A DNA stretch of 64,000 nucleotides from Halocafeteria seosinensis (taxonomy: Eukaryota): NCBI GenBank assembly GCA_001687465.1, contig LVLI01000633.1:1-64000 (forward strand), in the 5' to 3' direction. The translations under genes and the position numbers were made by a program. The first letter of the stretch is position 1, and every line of letters begins with the position of its first letter. The notes under the pieces are model-generated. The model did not search any database. It was not told where the DNA came from and worked only from the letters and a program-made list of their open reading frames with translations. Shown here piece after piece: positions 1-11,093 of the stretch.

Positions 1-691
1 ATATCGCGATGCTATGCATGACATGTTGCGACGAAATAGTGGCTTGAGGAGCCGTTTTACTGAAGAGATCGAATTCCCGGACTGGACAGCGAAGGATTGT
101 ACAAACCATTTTCTATCACTCGCAGAGAAGGACGGTTTCGCGGTTGAGACTGACGCTGCGGGTATGTTGGAAAGTAGCTTTGAGGAACTTCGCCGACGTC
201 CGGGATGGGCCAACGCTAGAGACTCAAATACGTGCTATCACCATAAAGTGCTCCCTCGGAGATCAGAAAGAGCTTATGCTGAACAAGAAGCCATTCCGAC
301 CATTACTTGTGACGACGTACGCCTTGGGATGAAAGAATTCTTAGAAGAGCGAGTAGGTAGTCCACCCACGTCTCTTGCTGAGAAGTTTCCGTTTGACGTT
401 GTCATGAACCGAGATGAAGAAGATGAAGAGAACATTGTTCTTCGTCCTCCGCGTCACAATATTCCTGCAGTACAAGAAGGTGAGAGTGAGACTGAGAATC
501 AAGATCAAAATAATGTAGAAACCAACAAGCAGGGGAAGGAAGACGGTAACGAGGACGAAGAACAACGTCGACAAGAAAAGTTGAAACGACTTGGAAAATG
601 TCCCATGTCGTATTCATGGACAGCAATTGGAAACGGGTATTACAGGTGCGAAGGTGGTAGTCACTACATTCATGAGAGTGAAATCGAATGA
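1..691 (+). CDS. 3' end of CbbX/SpoVK-type AAA+ ATPase protein (5' part outside window)
   Basis: RRNSGLRSRFTEEIEFPDW resembles the CbbX/SpoVK 'NPGLRSRF...IEFPDY' region; WANARD resembles the 'F/WxNAR' sensor region; terminal GKCPMSYSW...YRCEGGSHYI Cys/His motif resembles tails of eukaryotic multi-AAA proteins. Confidence 0.7.
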   Translation, partial: YRDAMHDMLRRNSGLRSRFTEEIEFPDWTAKDCTNHFLSLAEKDGFAVETDAAGMLESSFEELRRRPGWANARDSNTCYHHKVLPRRSERAYAEQEAIPTITCDDVRLGMKEFLEERVGSPPTSLAEKFPFDVVMNRDEEDEENIVLRPPRHNIPAVQEGESETENQDQNNVETNKQGKEDGNEDEEQRRQEKLKRLGKCPMSYSWTAIGNGYYRCEGGSHYIHESEIE

Positions 692-1984
692 CCCTCCAGA
701 CAACGAAACGAAATCTGTATGTGTTTTTATTTAGGTGCTAGGTTGTATCACAAGACTTACATGCAGTGAACACAGTAGCACTACACAATCCGCAAACCTG
801 GTACCAGCTAATTCAGTTGCGCGTATATAGTTTACTACATGCGGTATAGTAGTAGTGTGTATTATTTATGGCCGATCGGCTAAATGGAGAAGGTAGTTGG
901 GGGATCTTCACGCCGTCGAAGATCTCTCCAGGGTCCTCCTGCATTACCTACCCTTGCTATCACCAACACTCGGACCCTTTGTGAGTATGGCGCTCTTCAC
1001 ACGTATGCGTTCAGAGGGTCTTGGGCCTCGCACTACGCATGGCCTACCAGCTGCCGGTATTTTGGATCGTTAAAGCCTTAAGGAAACAAGACAAGCATAC
1101 ATGCTACATTCACGGAGACTACCCACCAAGAGGTGGAGACACGAATACACATGTACCTATTATACGTTAATAGGCGTCAAGCGACTTGGAAATTATTCCG
1201 ACGTGGTGGAGGCGACTAGTGACTAGGGCCTACAGTAGTGTAGCGTGCAGTCTTCAAATTCCAATTGACTTTCTCTGTAAAGTGCGCATGTTTGCTGCAA
1301 AAGAATCCAGGGTACCGCGTAAAACACACTCTCAATTCAATGGCTTGCCTTGTCCTGATTCCAGGATTGCGATTCCTCAGAAAAATCAACGACTCACTGG
1401 GTTGTAACGTCCTCATATCTTCGGACCATAAAGAATAACATCCAACACTCAACGGTCTTTAGCATCATGGAGTGTTGCTCCCATTTGTCTAAACAGGCGA
1501 TCCGCCTCGCTCCTGGCGCATGGTGCTTTGCTTCGGCAGCCTTCCAACTTGAAGTTCCAAGTATCGAAATACGAGTTTGTGAAGACAACTTCACAAAAAG
1601 AAAATCAACTCTTACGTACAACTACGATACGATGCACGCGGTCAGAAGAGGGTACGCGAAATTTCATCATCACATAAAGAAATATTTCCGCAGGGAGAGT
1701 TGAGTCCTTCGCATATGCGGGAGAAATCTGCCTCACTCGATAAGTTGAAGTTGGGCCAACTTGCCATTGTATCGGCCAACTTAAGTTACGGCACAATAAA
1801 GACTAGCGCCAGTATTGTCCACGACATAGTGTTCAAATGATCACATTGACAGCTCTCATTTTGTCATTTGAGTCTCGGTGGTAGAGATTTTTGAGATGGA
1901 AAGACATTGAAGTTCGAGGCGTTCAGTAAAATAAGCGCTATTTCGTGCCCTGATAACACATTTATTGCACATTTTGTACCTACT

Positions 1985-3524
1985 ATGAGCAGTACCAGCA
2001 GTGCGAAGAAACCCCTGTATTGCCATGTGTGTGGTGAACGAGAAGCGTGTATCCGCGTCAAGGAGACCAAATATGGCTCCTCCAGGAGCAGATTCTACTG
2101 CGCCTTCCATATATACACGACAGAATTCGCGTTCAAGTCGGATCAGTGGAAGATAACGAACCGAAACGTGTATGACACAGATAGGGACGCCGCGTTTAAG
2201 GTATGGAGACAGAAAAAGACTTCTCTGGCGCACCCTGTTTCATTCATTGTTCACGATGCAGTGGTTCGAAGGGATTCAGCAGGATACAGAGATGGAACTA
2301 GATAGACGAATGAAACAGAAGCAAAAAGTTCCATCAGCGAGGAAGAATGGGCAGACAAGCGCAGCTGCCTCGAAACTTTCGCCTACGTCATCCTCGAGCA
2401 GCAGTATACCACACCAGCAGGAATATCGGCGGGTCACTCCGTCTGAATCTTTATGGAGTCAGCAAGACTCTGGTTCGACAAGTGGCAATGGGATCACGCA
2501 CGCACACAAAAAGAGGTCTTCCTTTACTTTTGGATCGCTCAAAGAGGCGAAGTCTTCGAAAGCTCGTGATGAGCAAAATAATGGCACCGTAAGCTACACC
2601 GGAACCAAGCGTGAACGTCCCCATGAATATAAGGAACATAGGCATACCTCACCTGATGATCAGTCCAATGCAAAGCGCGGTGCCAAAATGTATAACTTGT
2701 CAGTCCCCGCGCAGAAATCGGCGAAGCAGCGGGGAACAATACGGCACCAGACGAAACGAGCCGCTTTGAATCAGCAAATCAACTCTAACGATGCTCGCGA
2801 TGTTGTCGTGTCGAAACTCTTTGATGCATTAATGATGGACATACCGGTCGCTTCCGGAACTGAAGAGGCGACTCAACCAAATGAAGGCATCGGGCAAATT
2901 ATGGAAAAACATGCAGCCGCAGAAACTGCAAGGGTAGTGAACAACAACGAGACAATTTGGAAGATTGCGGAAAGCATTGAAAGTACTCTATTTCATATTG
3001 TTAATGAGGCCTTGGATGTAAGCGATTGAATATCTACTGGAGATGTGTACAAGTCGTTGAAAGATGCTTTGGTGTATTGCAGAGTGAATACAAAGAAAAG
3101 AGTCGCACCTTAGTTTTCAACATTCAGGATCCGAAGAATGATACGCTTCGGGCGAAAATTCGTCGCGGAGTAAGTTGAGACAACCGTTCAAGGGGCTCTG
3201 TCGCAAAACCTAAACACCAATAGTGTTTTGCAGGTTATACCGCCCCTGTCGTTGGTGAGTATGTCACCAGAGGACTTGGCTAATGAGGAGATCGAGGAGG
3301 ACCGGCAACGAATTCGGTCTATGACAGACGCAAGCAGCGGTCCGAAGGGGATCAAAACAAATAAGAAATGTCCTCTTTGCGGATCTGCGGATTCTGAATA
3401 CATTCCAGCCGCAGTGAGTAAGGAAAGCACAAAGACAGAAATATGGGGAAGTAAGGAATCTTCGTCTCGTATAACTGTTATATGCCGAACCTGTCACCAT
3501 CAATGGAACGAGGAGCGCTTGTGA
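1985..3524 (+). CDS. TFIIS-like protein: N-terminal Cys/His finger, TFIIS central domain, C-terminal zinc ribbon (4 exons)
   Basis: Exons 1985-2200, 2262-3017, 3083-3169, 3234-3524 join in frame via GT-AG introns; IAESIESTLF...YKEKSRTLVFNIQDPKNDTLR...LVSMSPEDLA is TFIIS domain II; CPLC...CRTCHHQW zinc ribbon. Confidence 0.8.
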
Positions 3525-3869
3525 CCAATAGTCTTGCTGCTGTCTGTAGACGACACCCAGTACTTCATGTTCGCGATAACAGGCTATCAGTGTGTAGTCA
3601 GTACCGGTGAAATTAACAACCGGATGTTGCTGGTGTGTCTCATACCGCGAAGCAGTTCTGGGTAAGATAGACGAGTCCATCGGAGAAGCATGAAATTGCT
3701 TCCTTCTGCATCCGAAATTCGACTATTTGATCAAGGCTTTAGAATGAGCGTCATTGTCACCTCCATATCATTGAGGGAGCTGTGTGTAAGGGATAAACTG
3801 GGAACAGACCAGCATAATGCGCACATTCTCTCCATGTCGCATGACTTAATAACAGTAAAGGGGCCGTTT

Positions 3870-6103
3870 TTAAGATCTCATATATACTTTCCCTCGCTGA
3901 CAACGCATCCTAACATGTCTGCGCGGAAGTTGGGCACACCAGTGCTGACCCCGACGGGGTTGAAGCTTGCCTTTTGGACAGACATCACACCTCTCAAATC
4001 CGCGCTGACTGTAGGTTCCAGCTGGACATATCATACAACGTAGTTGATTGAAGTTCGGAGCTTTCCCTGTTGGACAAATATCGCAGTCGGTCTGTCGCCG
4101 GTTTGCTACACTTCCAGCAGGACACGTATGACACGATTGGCTGTTGTTGGCAACATGGCCCTCCGGGCAAGATTTACATCTGCATATGGTCGGCGAGTTC
4201 TCGCTACATTTGTTGTGACATGCTTATATATTTGCATTTGTTCTTACCTCACTTTCCCGAAGCTATCTTGGAATCGCCCCACAAGACACTGCTTACACCG
4301 TACTTGTGCAGTTGTGTTTTGGTATTGTCCAGGAGCACAATCCTCACAGCTGCTCGTGAACCGTAGGCACAATAAACCCTATAGAACCCGCTGATCTCTA
4401 AATTTGAACTATTCGACTTACGTCGTTTCTCCTGATCGGTTTTGGAATCTTCCCTTTATACACTCCTCACAGGCCGTTTCGCCAGAGTTCGTTTGGTAGT
4501 ATCCCGGGTCACATGGTCGGCATCTGCGCAGCACTCACCATAAAAATATATAATGCAGCTCTGGAAATCCGCCGTTCCAAGCAGGATATCATTTGACTAA
4601 CATCGTTTCTCCTGATCGATTTTGGAATCTTCCCTTTGTACACTCCTCACAGGCCGTTTCGCCAGAGCTCGTTTGGTAGTATCCTGGGTCACATGCTCGG
4701 CATCTGCACAGCACTCACCATAGAAATGTATAATGCAGTTCTGGAAATCCGCCGTTCCATGCAGGATAGTACCTTGTTTCACCAGCTTCCTCTTGGTATT
4801 TCCCCGGAAGGCACTCTTCGCACTCTGTTTGACCGCCAGTAGTTCCATATCTTCCCGCTGGACACTGCTTGCGTGTGCCGTTCACGCAATAGCTTCCTTG
4901 GGGGCATTCTATTTCTCCGTACCTGTTCCCCGCATCAGTATCTTCTGGGGTAGAATAGTGTCCGGGTCTAACGCCTTTGGGCTCCTCACTCCCCTGTGGA
5001 CAATAATGCGCGGCGTCCCCGCAACGCTCCCATTCGTTTGCTGCAGTTCCGGTTGGACAGAAATATCCCGACGGGCAAGGGCCGGTGCAATTGCTCCTTG
5101 ATTCACCGGCTTCTCCGTATCTACCTGGGTTGCATTGAGGCGCCGAAGCCCCGTTAATTGTACCAGGATCAGGACAATATCGACCTGCAGGGCAAGATCC
5201 GTCGCAAGCTTCCGAAGTCGACCCCTCGGTGGAGGCATATCTTCCAGGAGGACATTTGCTCGGATTCGAAGCCCCTTCAATAGCAAAGTGCCCCTTTGGA
5301 GCCGACAAGCAACGGTTGGCAGGCAATGGAGCTGCCCTGTATTGTCCGGCCTGACAGTCTTTACATCTGCAGTTCGTTCGTTCATTTAAAGGATGGCATG
5401 GGAACAGCAGGGAACAATTCCGAGACGCTCATATGCGGTCTTACTTTGTTTTTCCATTTTCGTTTTGGAATTTGCCGTCATTACAATTTTTACAATCTTC
5501 TCTCCCGCTTTTATCTTGGTATTGCCCTGGATCGCACAGACGACACGACCCAAAACCTCCCGATGGAGCGTATCTCCCAGGGTCGCAGTCTGTGCAAGAT
5601 GCTGCTCCACCAGGCGCGTAAGTGCCAGGGTCGCAGTCTGTGCAAGATGTCGCTCCACCGGGCGCGTACCGACCTGGAAATAAAGCGCGTATATTTCCAA
5701 GCAAGAGGTGAACGAATACTATATTATCATACCTTTAGGACATGTATCACATGCGGTCTTTCCTGTTGCATCCTGATACTCGCCTGAAGGGCAACCCCGG
5801 CAGGATGCTTGTCCCTCCGAAGGTTGATACCTCCCTGCTTGGCACAGTTTGCAACTGAGGCTGCGATGAAAGTTCGAGTTTTGATACCGTCCTTTCTGTA
5901 GTTACACCTCTCGAATAAGTGCAACATACGGCTCCTTTTTGTGGCAGTGAATAACACGATCTACATACTGGGCAAAATAAGCACCAAATAGCAGGCGGCC
6001 CCACCCCCCCCCTCCAGTACTGTCCTTGGCGACACAACCCGTTCGCGGATCGGAAAAAAAGAGCGCTCAACACAGCCGTGAACATAATTGTTATCGCTTT
6101 CAT
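3870..6103 (-). CDS. Secreted cysteine-rich repeat protein (CxxCxxGxYQ; GCC2/GCC3 or ephrin-receptor-like repeats), multi-exon; 3' end uncertain
   Basis: ATG 6103 with signal peptide MKAITIMFTAVLSALFFRSANG; ~8 exons join in frame through GT-AG introns giving continuous CxxCPxGxY repeats (e.g. CTDCDPGRY, CEECLPGKYQ, CEDCAPGQYQ). Confidence 0.75.
4421..4770. repeat. 180-bp tandem duplication (one exon plus one intron unit)
   Basis: 4421-4590 and 4601-4770 are near-identical at exact 180-bp offset. Confidence 0.95.
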
Positions 6104-7059
6104 CTTTCCATGTGCTGTGCAAGGACCTGAAGGACGTATAGGCAATTATTGAGTACCAGCAGCAGAGCTGGAGAACAGAATTCCCACTGTATCTTGGCGC
6201 AACGGCCAAGGGATCACCAAAACATGATCATAGCCAGAAAATACAGACTCCTTTCTACATATATATATATATATACTCTTTCACTAGAGATAATTACGTT
6301 TTAAAAGAGAGTATGAAGAGGTTGCTGCGGCATAAACAAGCCTGTCACCCGCTGTTCCCGACGAACAGAAATGTCCTCAAACGAGGACTCTCCACTCAAC
6401 ACGTGCACTCTGTACCCATGAAAGACAAATAAGGCTGTAGGACTAGTACATAGGAATCACATCGGATTATCCTACAAAAAATAACATGCAATACATTTTA
6501 CTCAAGAAAAGTGACCTGTTGCCCCCAACAGACCACTCCATCACTGACCATCAGCTTTGAACGTCGTCAAATTGTGCCATGGGAGACTGTGGACCACGTA
6601 AGACATACACTAATGGACATGGCACATGTTTAGGTGCGAATACCTATCCCCAGAACAGAATTTCGCGTAAGGACTCGTCGATTTGACTACATCAGAGAAT
6701 ACGTGTTATTTATGAATGAGAAGCAATCAACTGGCAAGCTGAGGCTCTGATACTCTGTTGACTGAGGAAGGCGAGGCTCTTGCACTCAGATGTTCTCCCA
6801 CATTCTGGCAATATGGAGACGACGGAGGGCTTCGGGAACGACGCAATCCAGTTGATCGCCAAGACAGGTTTCGCTGGGTCGCTTTTGAACAGACAAACTG
6901 CTGGAAACAACTGCAAAAAACTTGTCCGCTTCCAATAAACCTTGTCTAGCCATGGAGACCAGTTTCCGTCTATCATCGTTTAAGTACGAAGCTAGAGCGA
7001 CCGTTTGACAAACTCACCCTACATCATCTTCATGGTGACGCTTTCATTGCAGTCGTTCG

Positions 7060-9200
7060 TTGCATGGTACCAAGAAAATACATGATGCCAGTCATTGGAA
7101 CCACAAAAGCATCCAACACAGCCTGATCCGACAAGTTTTAACCTTGAACTGGGATTTCCGTGCTGGAGTCAGATATTTGTATGCAACCGTTGCTGTATAG
7201 ATGCACAGCTCCAAAACTAGCTGGTATCCGCGAATCTCACCGTTCGTCAAGTTCAGCCCAGGACCGAGTTCTCGCGTACAGCACAACGTTTTGATGTCAT
7301 ATCTATAATAACAACTCCAAACCCACATTGCCGTGGACTTCCCAGCATATCAGGTACCCGGCCCATCAACTTCGATTGTGAACGGAAACAATTGCCTCTA
7401 GCGTTGGTGATCTGGCCAAATTGCATCCAAGTTAGCAACCTCAACAGCCACAGAAAATGCACGGTAGTAAAAATCACACGGGGTCTCAATACAGCGATAA
7501 GCATTAGGGCAGACCGAGTGTAAACGAATATAGTCAGTAATCCACAGCAGCCTCAAAGAGCTCATTGCATATGTAGATGGCTCTGGTAGCACTCTTTTCA
7601 TATCAACGCTACAGTAAACTGCAGGGAACCTTCAAAATTGTTAGCTTGTGCAATACCGGAAACCAGTTCACTCCTCTCCAAGTCCTGAAACCGCAACTAT
7701 CAAGTCGCCGCAAAACCACAGCTAGGCTCCACAAACTGTGCGCACATCTCCATCGTTACGCTCCTTTACCGTAACATCCCTTACGGCATCTACTCCGGAT
7801 AAAGTGAGGTAGCAAGAAAATTCTATGCAATTCCTTGGAACCACGCCATCATCCAAAGCAGCCTATTCACCAGACAAAGTTGGCAGCGAGCTACTGTTTC
7901 AGACGAACTTGAAAGGCAAAAAATAGAAGTACTGATATGCTGCATCCTTGAGCTGTGCCTTCGAGTCCCGGTTTTTTTTGGTAAAGAGTTGCTGTATGGA
8001 TGCATAACGCCAAGATCAGAACCTGCGAACCTCACCGTTCGCCAAGTTCAGTCCAGGTTCGAGTCAGCCGGCAGCTTCGTAGTTGCAAGAGTACAAGGCG
8101 TTGATGTCATATCTATAGTAACAACTCCAACCCAGCAACGCATCGGGCTTTCCACCTTTTCAGATATCACCTGGTACCCTGACGGACGACCCCTCAATCA
8201 GTCACGCTTCGATTGTACCAAGGAAACTATTCCTTCTATAATGCTTTGCTGATCTAGTCAAATCGCGTCCAAGAAAGCAACCGCAGCAGCAGACAGGAAA
8301 TCAGTGCCCAAGTGAGCACTATTGGGAGGCATGGCGAGTGTAAAGCGTGTAGCCAACAATTCACAGCAGCTTCAAAGAGCTCATTGCATATGTCGACTAG
8401 CTTTGCTAGCAATTCACAGCAGCTTCAAAGAGCTCATTGCATATGTCGACTAGCTTTGCTAGCACTCTTTCTATGTCAGCGCTACATTTAGCTTTCACAG
8501 AAGGAGTAGGTTGCCTCCTCAGCAGGTACAAGCAGAAGCCTTTTGGACTCCTTCAAACTTGGTAGCTTGTGCAATACCTCAAAGCGATTCACTCCCTGAA
8601 AGCGCAGCCATCAATTCGCCGCAAAAAATGGAGTAAATCACAGCTGCGCTCCACAAATTTTGTGCACATTTCCATCGTTAGGCTCATTTACCATAAACAT
8701 TCGTTAAGGCATCCACTCATAAGGTCAGGCAGTAAGAAAATTCTTTATGCCATTCCTTGGAACCACAACATCATCCAAACCAGCCTATGCACCAGACAAA
8801 GTTGGCAGTGAGCTACTGTGGCAGAGGAACTTGAAGGGCAAAAAATAGAAGTGCTAACATGCTGCATCTTTGAGCTGGGCCTTCGACTCACAGATTTGCT
8901 TGCAAACAGTTGCTGTATGGATGCATAACGCCAAGATTAGAAACTGTGAATCTCACCGTTCGCCAACTTCCGTCCAGGTCCAACTCGGCGGGCGCCTTCC
9001 AAGTTCCAATTGATGCCAAATCTGTAAGGCCCGCATCGTATTGGACTGCCCAACATATCAGGTACCAGCTCGGACAGCTCATCAATTAGTCAACACTTCG
9101 AATGTGAACGAAAACCATTCCTACAGACAATTTGTTGATCTATTCAAATTAGATCCAAGTAAGCAATCGTAGCGGCCGACAGAAAATAAGTGCCCGAGAG
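7060..9200. repeat. Degenerate tandem repeat array, ~3 diverged units of ~740-920 bp; probable pseudogenic coding sequence on minus strand
   Basis: Shared anchors: ttggaaccac at ~7095/7835/8757; ctcaccgttcg at ~7236/8031/8952; aaagagctcattgcatatgt at ~7555/8374; frames interrupted by stops. Confidence 0.8.
8357..8463. repeat. Perfect 53-bp tandem duplication
   Basis: caattcacagcagcttcaaagagctcattgcatatgtcgactagctttgctag occurs twice back-to-back. Confidence 0.95.
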
Positions 9201-9210
9201 TTAGCAAACC

Positions 9211-9996
9211 TTACACAAACGGTTTCATTTTAGCGTTGCGGCATACCGTTGCTGCGTCCGAGTGTAGCAGCGTACCCTGAAACGTCGACAAAGCTAGGGG
9301 GTTATGCACCACCTGCTCGGGGAATCATTGTATTCCAACTCACGTTGCTAAGCATTTCTTCGAATGCTACGGTTAGTTTTCCATGGAATTCCTTCAGTTT
9401 GCTTGCTTGCAGTTTTCCATCGCAAATTTCTCGTGCAGTGTTGACACACGCCTGAGATAGTTCGCTCACTGTATGGAAGCTCAGTTGTCCTAGCTCGATT
9501 AATTCAATCCAGGGAAAAAGCAACTTACAAGCAAGGTGATCTGTTTCTCCTGAGCCTACTAACACAAACACTACATCATGCAGTGATTTGACCACCACAT
9601 CGTGATCTCTGCATTTATTCCAACAAACACCACCTGATCTCCACATCCACTCAACGAGCGGCAAAGGAGCCAAAAAAATGCCACTTACCCGACTTGTGTG
9701 ACATCATTTACCACATCAGAGCTTCGTAAATAGGGGGCAATGGCATCCGCCAAGTAGATTTCAAAGGTCATTTCCTCATCAGTGTGTCCCGATCCAGTCC
9801 TATCACCTTCGGATTCCTCTGCAAAGTAGTCTTGCGCCCCCGCGGCAGCGGTCGGGGTGCCGTGGAACCCTGTATGTAACCCAGAAACACCCTGTGGAGC
9901 CTCCGGAATGCCTTCCAGAGCCGCGGAAGTGGCAGCTCCTCTATATTTGAAGAGGATGGTGCCTCTGCGGTCCAGGATATACACAAAGCGCAGCAT
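9211..9996 (-). CDS. TSPOON: Longin-fold adaptor small subunit, TSET/TPLATE complex TSPOON (LOLITA)-like (4 exons)
   Basis: Spliced product MLRFVYILDRRGTILFKY...VVFVLVGSGETDHLALSELSQACVNTAREICDGK...KEFHGKLTVAFEEMLSNGTLLHSDAATVCRNAKMKPFV follows the sigma/zeta longin pattern; the 'LVG...D.LAL.E......++C' and terminal 'KP' recall LOLITA/TSPOON more than zeta-COP. Confidence 0.7.
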
Positions 9997-10078
9997 AATT
10001 GGTGGTCCTCGTTGGAGGGGGAAATGGCCAACAACACTTTATAGAGCCGATAAAAACAAGCTACATAAGACATGATAA

Positions 10079-10603
10079 CAGAGTGGTTGGGATAGGATTT
10101 CCGGGCCAGTATGCCCATCCCCGTTCCCAGGCATCTCCGCGGTCCCCATCCCCATCCCCACCATCCCCGGGGATACGGTGTGTCCAGAACTTCAAGTAAG
10201 ATTTGGTAAGTCTCGGAACCTTGAGTCGGAGGGTGTTGTATTGCTGAATTGAATACTCTGATAGTTAAATGATGGACATTGTATACCGTCCATAAGATAA
10301 CGACTTCATCGAGGTTCGATTCGTCATCGTAGCCGCCATCCTCCTTCTGACGGCAGGCGGTAACCCGGTTGCTACTGGTAGCTATTTCAGTGGAAATGCG
10401 ACAATTGTTGTAATCATACAGTACATCATTTCCTCCATATGTATTATACAATGCATCTCGACTACATAACAACCATCGCATAAATGTTTTTGATGCTGTC
10501 CCCGGGGACAGGCTGTAGCCTGCCGCTGTCCCCAGCGTATCCCCTGGGGATGGGGATGGGGATAGGGGATAGGGGACGGTGGGGATCGATCCCAACCACT
10601 CTG
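10079..10603. mobile_element. MITE-like non-autonomous element (525 bp) with 15-bp perfect TIRs and GGGGAT subterminal repeats
   Basis: CAGAGTGGTTGGGAT (10079-10093) and ATCCCAACCACTCTG (10589-10603); inverted (ATCCCC)n/(GGGGAT)n arrays inside each end; no TSD seen. Confidence 0.75.
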
Positions 10604-11093
10604 CCAGCGGCACCACGATACCGAAGAATGTGTGTGTATTCAACTTCAACTGTGGTAGGTACTCGAATCGAGTAACTCGATCGAGTCTCGATGTACTACT
10701 CGTTAGCCGTTAGCCGAGGCTACGACTCGGAGGCCGCCTCCCTTCATACGCCGTATTGGGCATTACTAAACGCAACCACTTGCGCAGCATTCTACAGTTG
10801 CTCCGCTGTACCGAACAGCTTAGGCGCAGTCGAAGATCCCTGACAACCAGGACCGGAAGAATCACCTTACTTCAATGATGAACGACGTCACTGAACTTCA
10901 ACGGTGGAGCACGACAGACGAAGTTTGTCAAGTATCAGCAAACCGCAAAGGCACATTGCGCTGGTTACCTACTCAATATCTCTAATGGCGTCGACGAAGC
11001 GCTTTCCAAACGTAACAATTCATTGCTTCCGAAGTTGCGCCAACACAGACCGAATTACAGCTGCTCCGTCATGTATCAAGAACTCGTGGCTAC

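Noticed and set aside
8357..8463. CRISPR-like array
   Set aside because: Two adjacent copies without spacers, eukaryotic context, no cas genes.
10545..10590. GGGGAT repeats as interstitial telomere
   Set aside because: Short, irregular and mirrored at the other end inside TIRs; better explained as subterminal repeats.
9768..10649. 293-aa minus-strand ORF as a gene
   Set aside because: Runs through the MITE repeats and overlaps the TSPOON-like exon in another frame; no domain signal.
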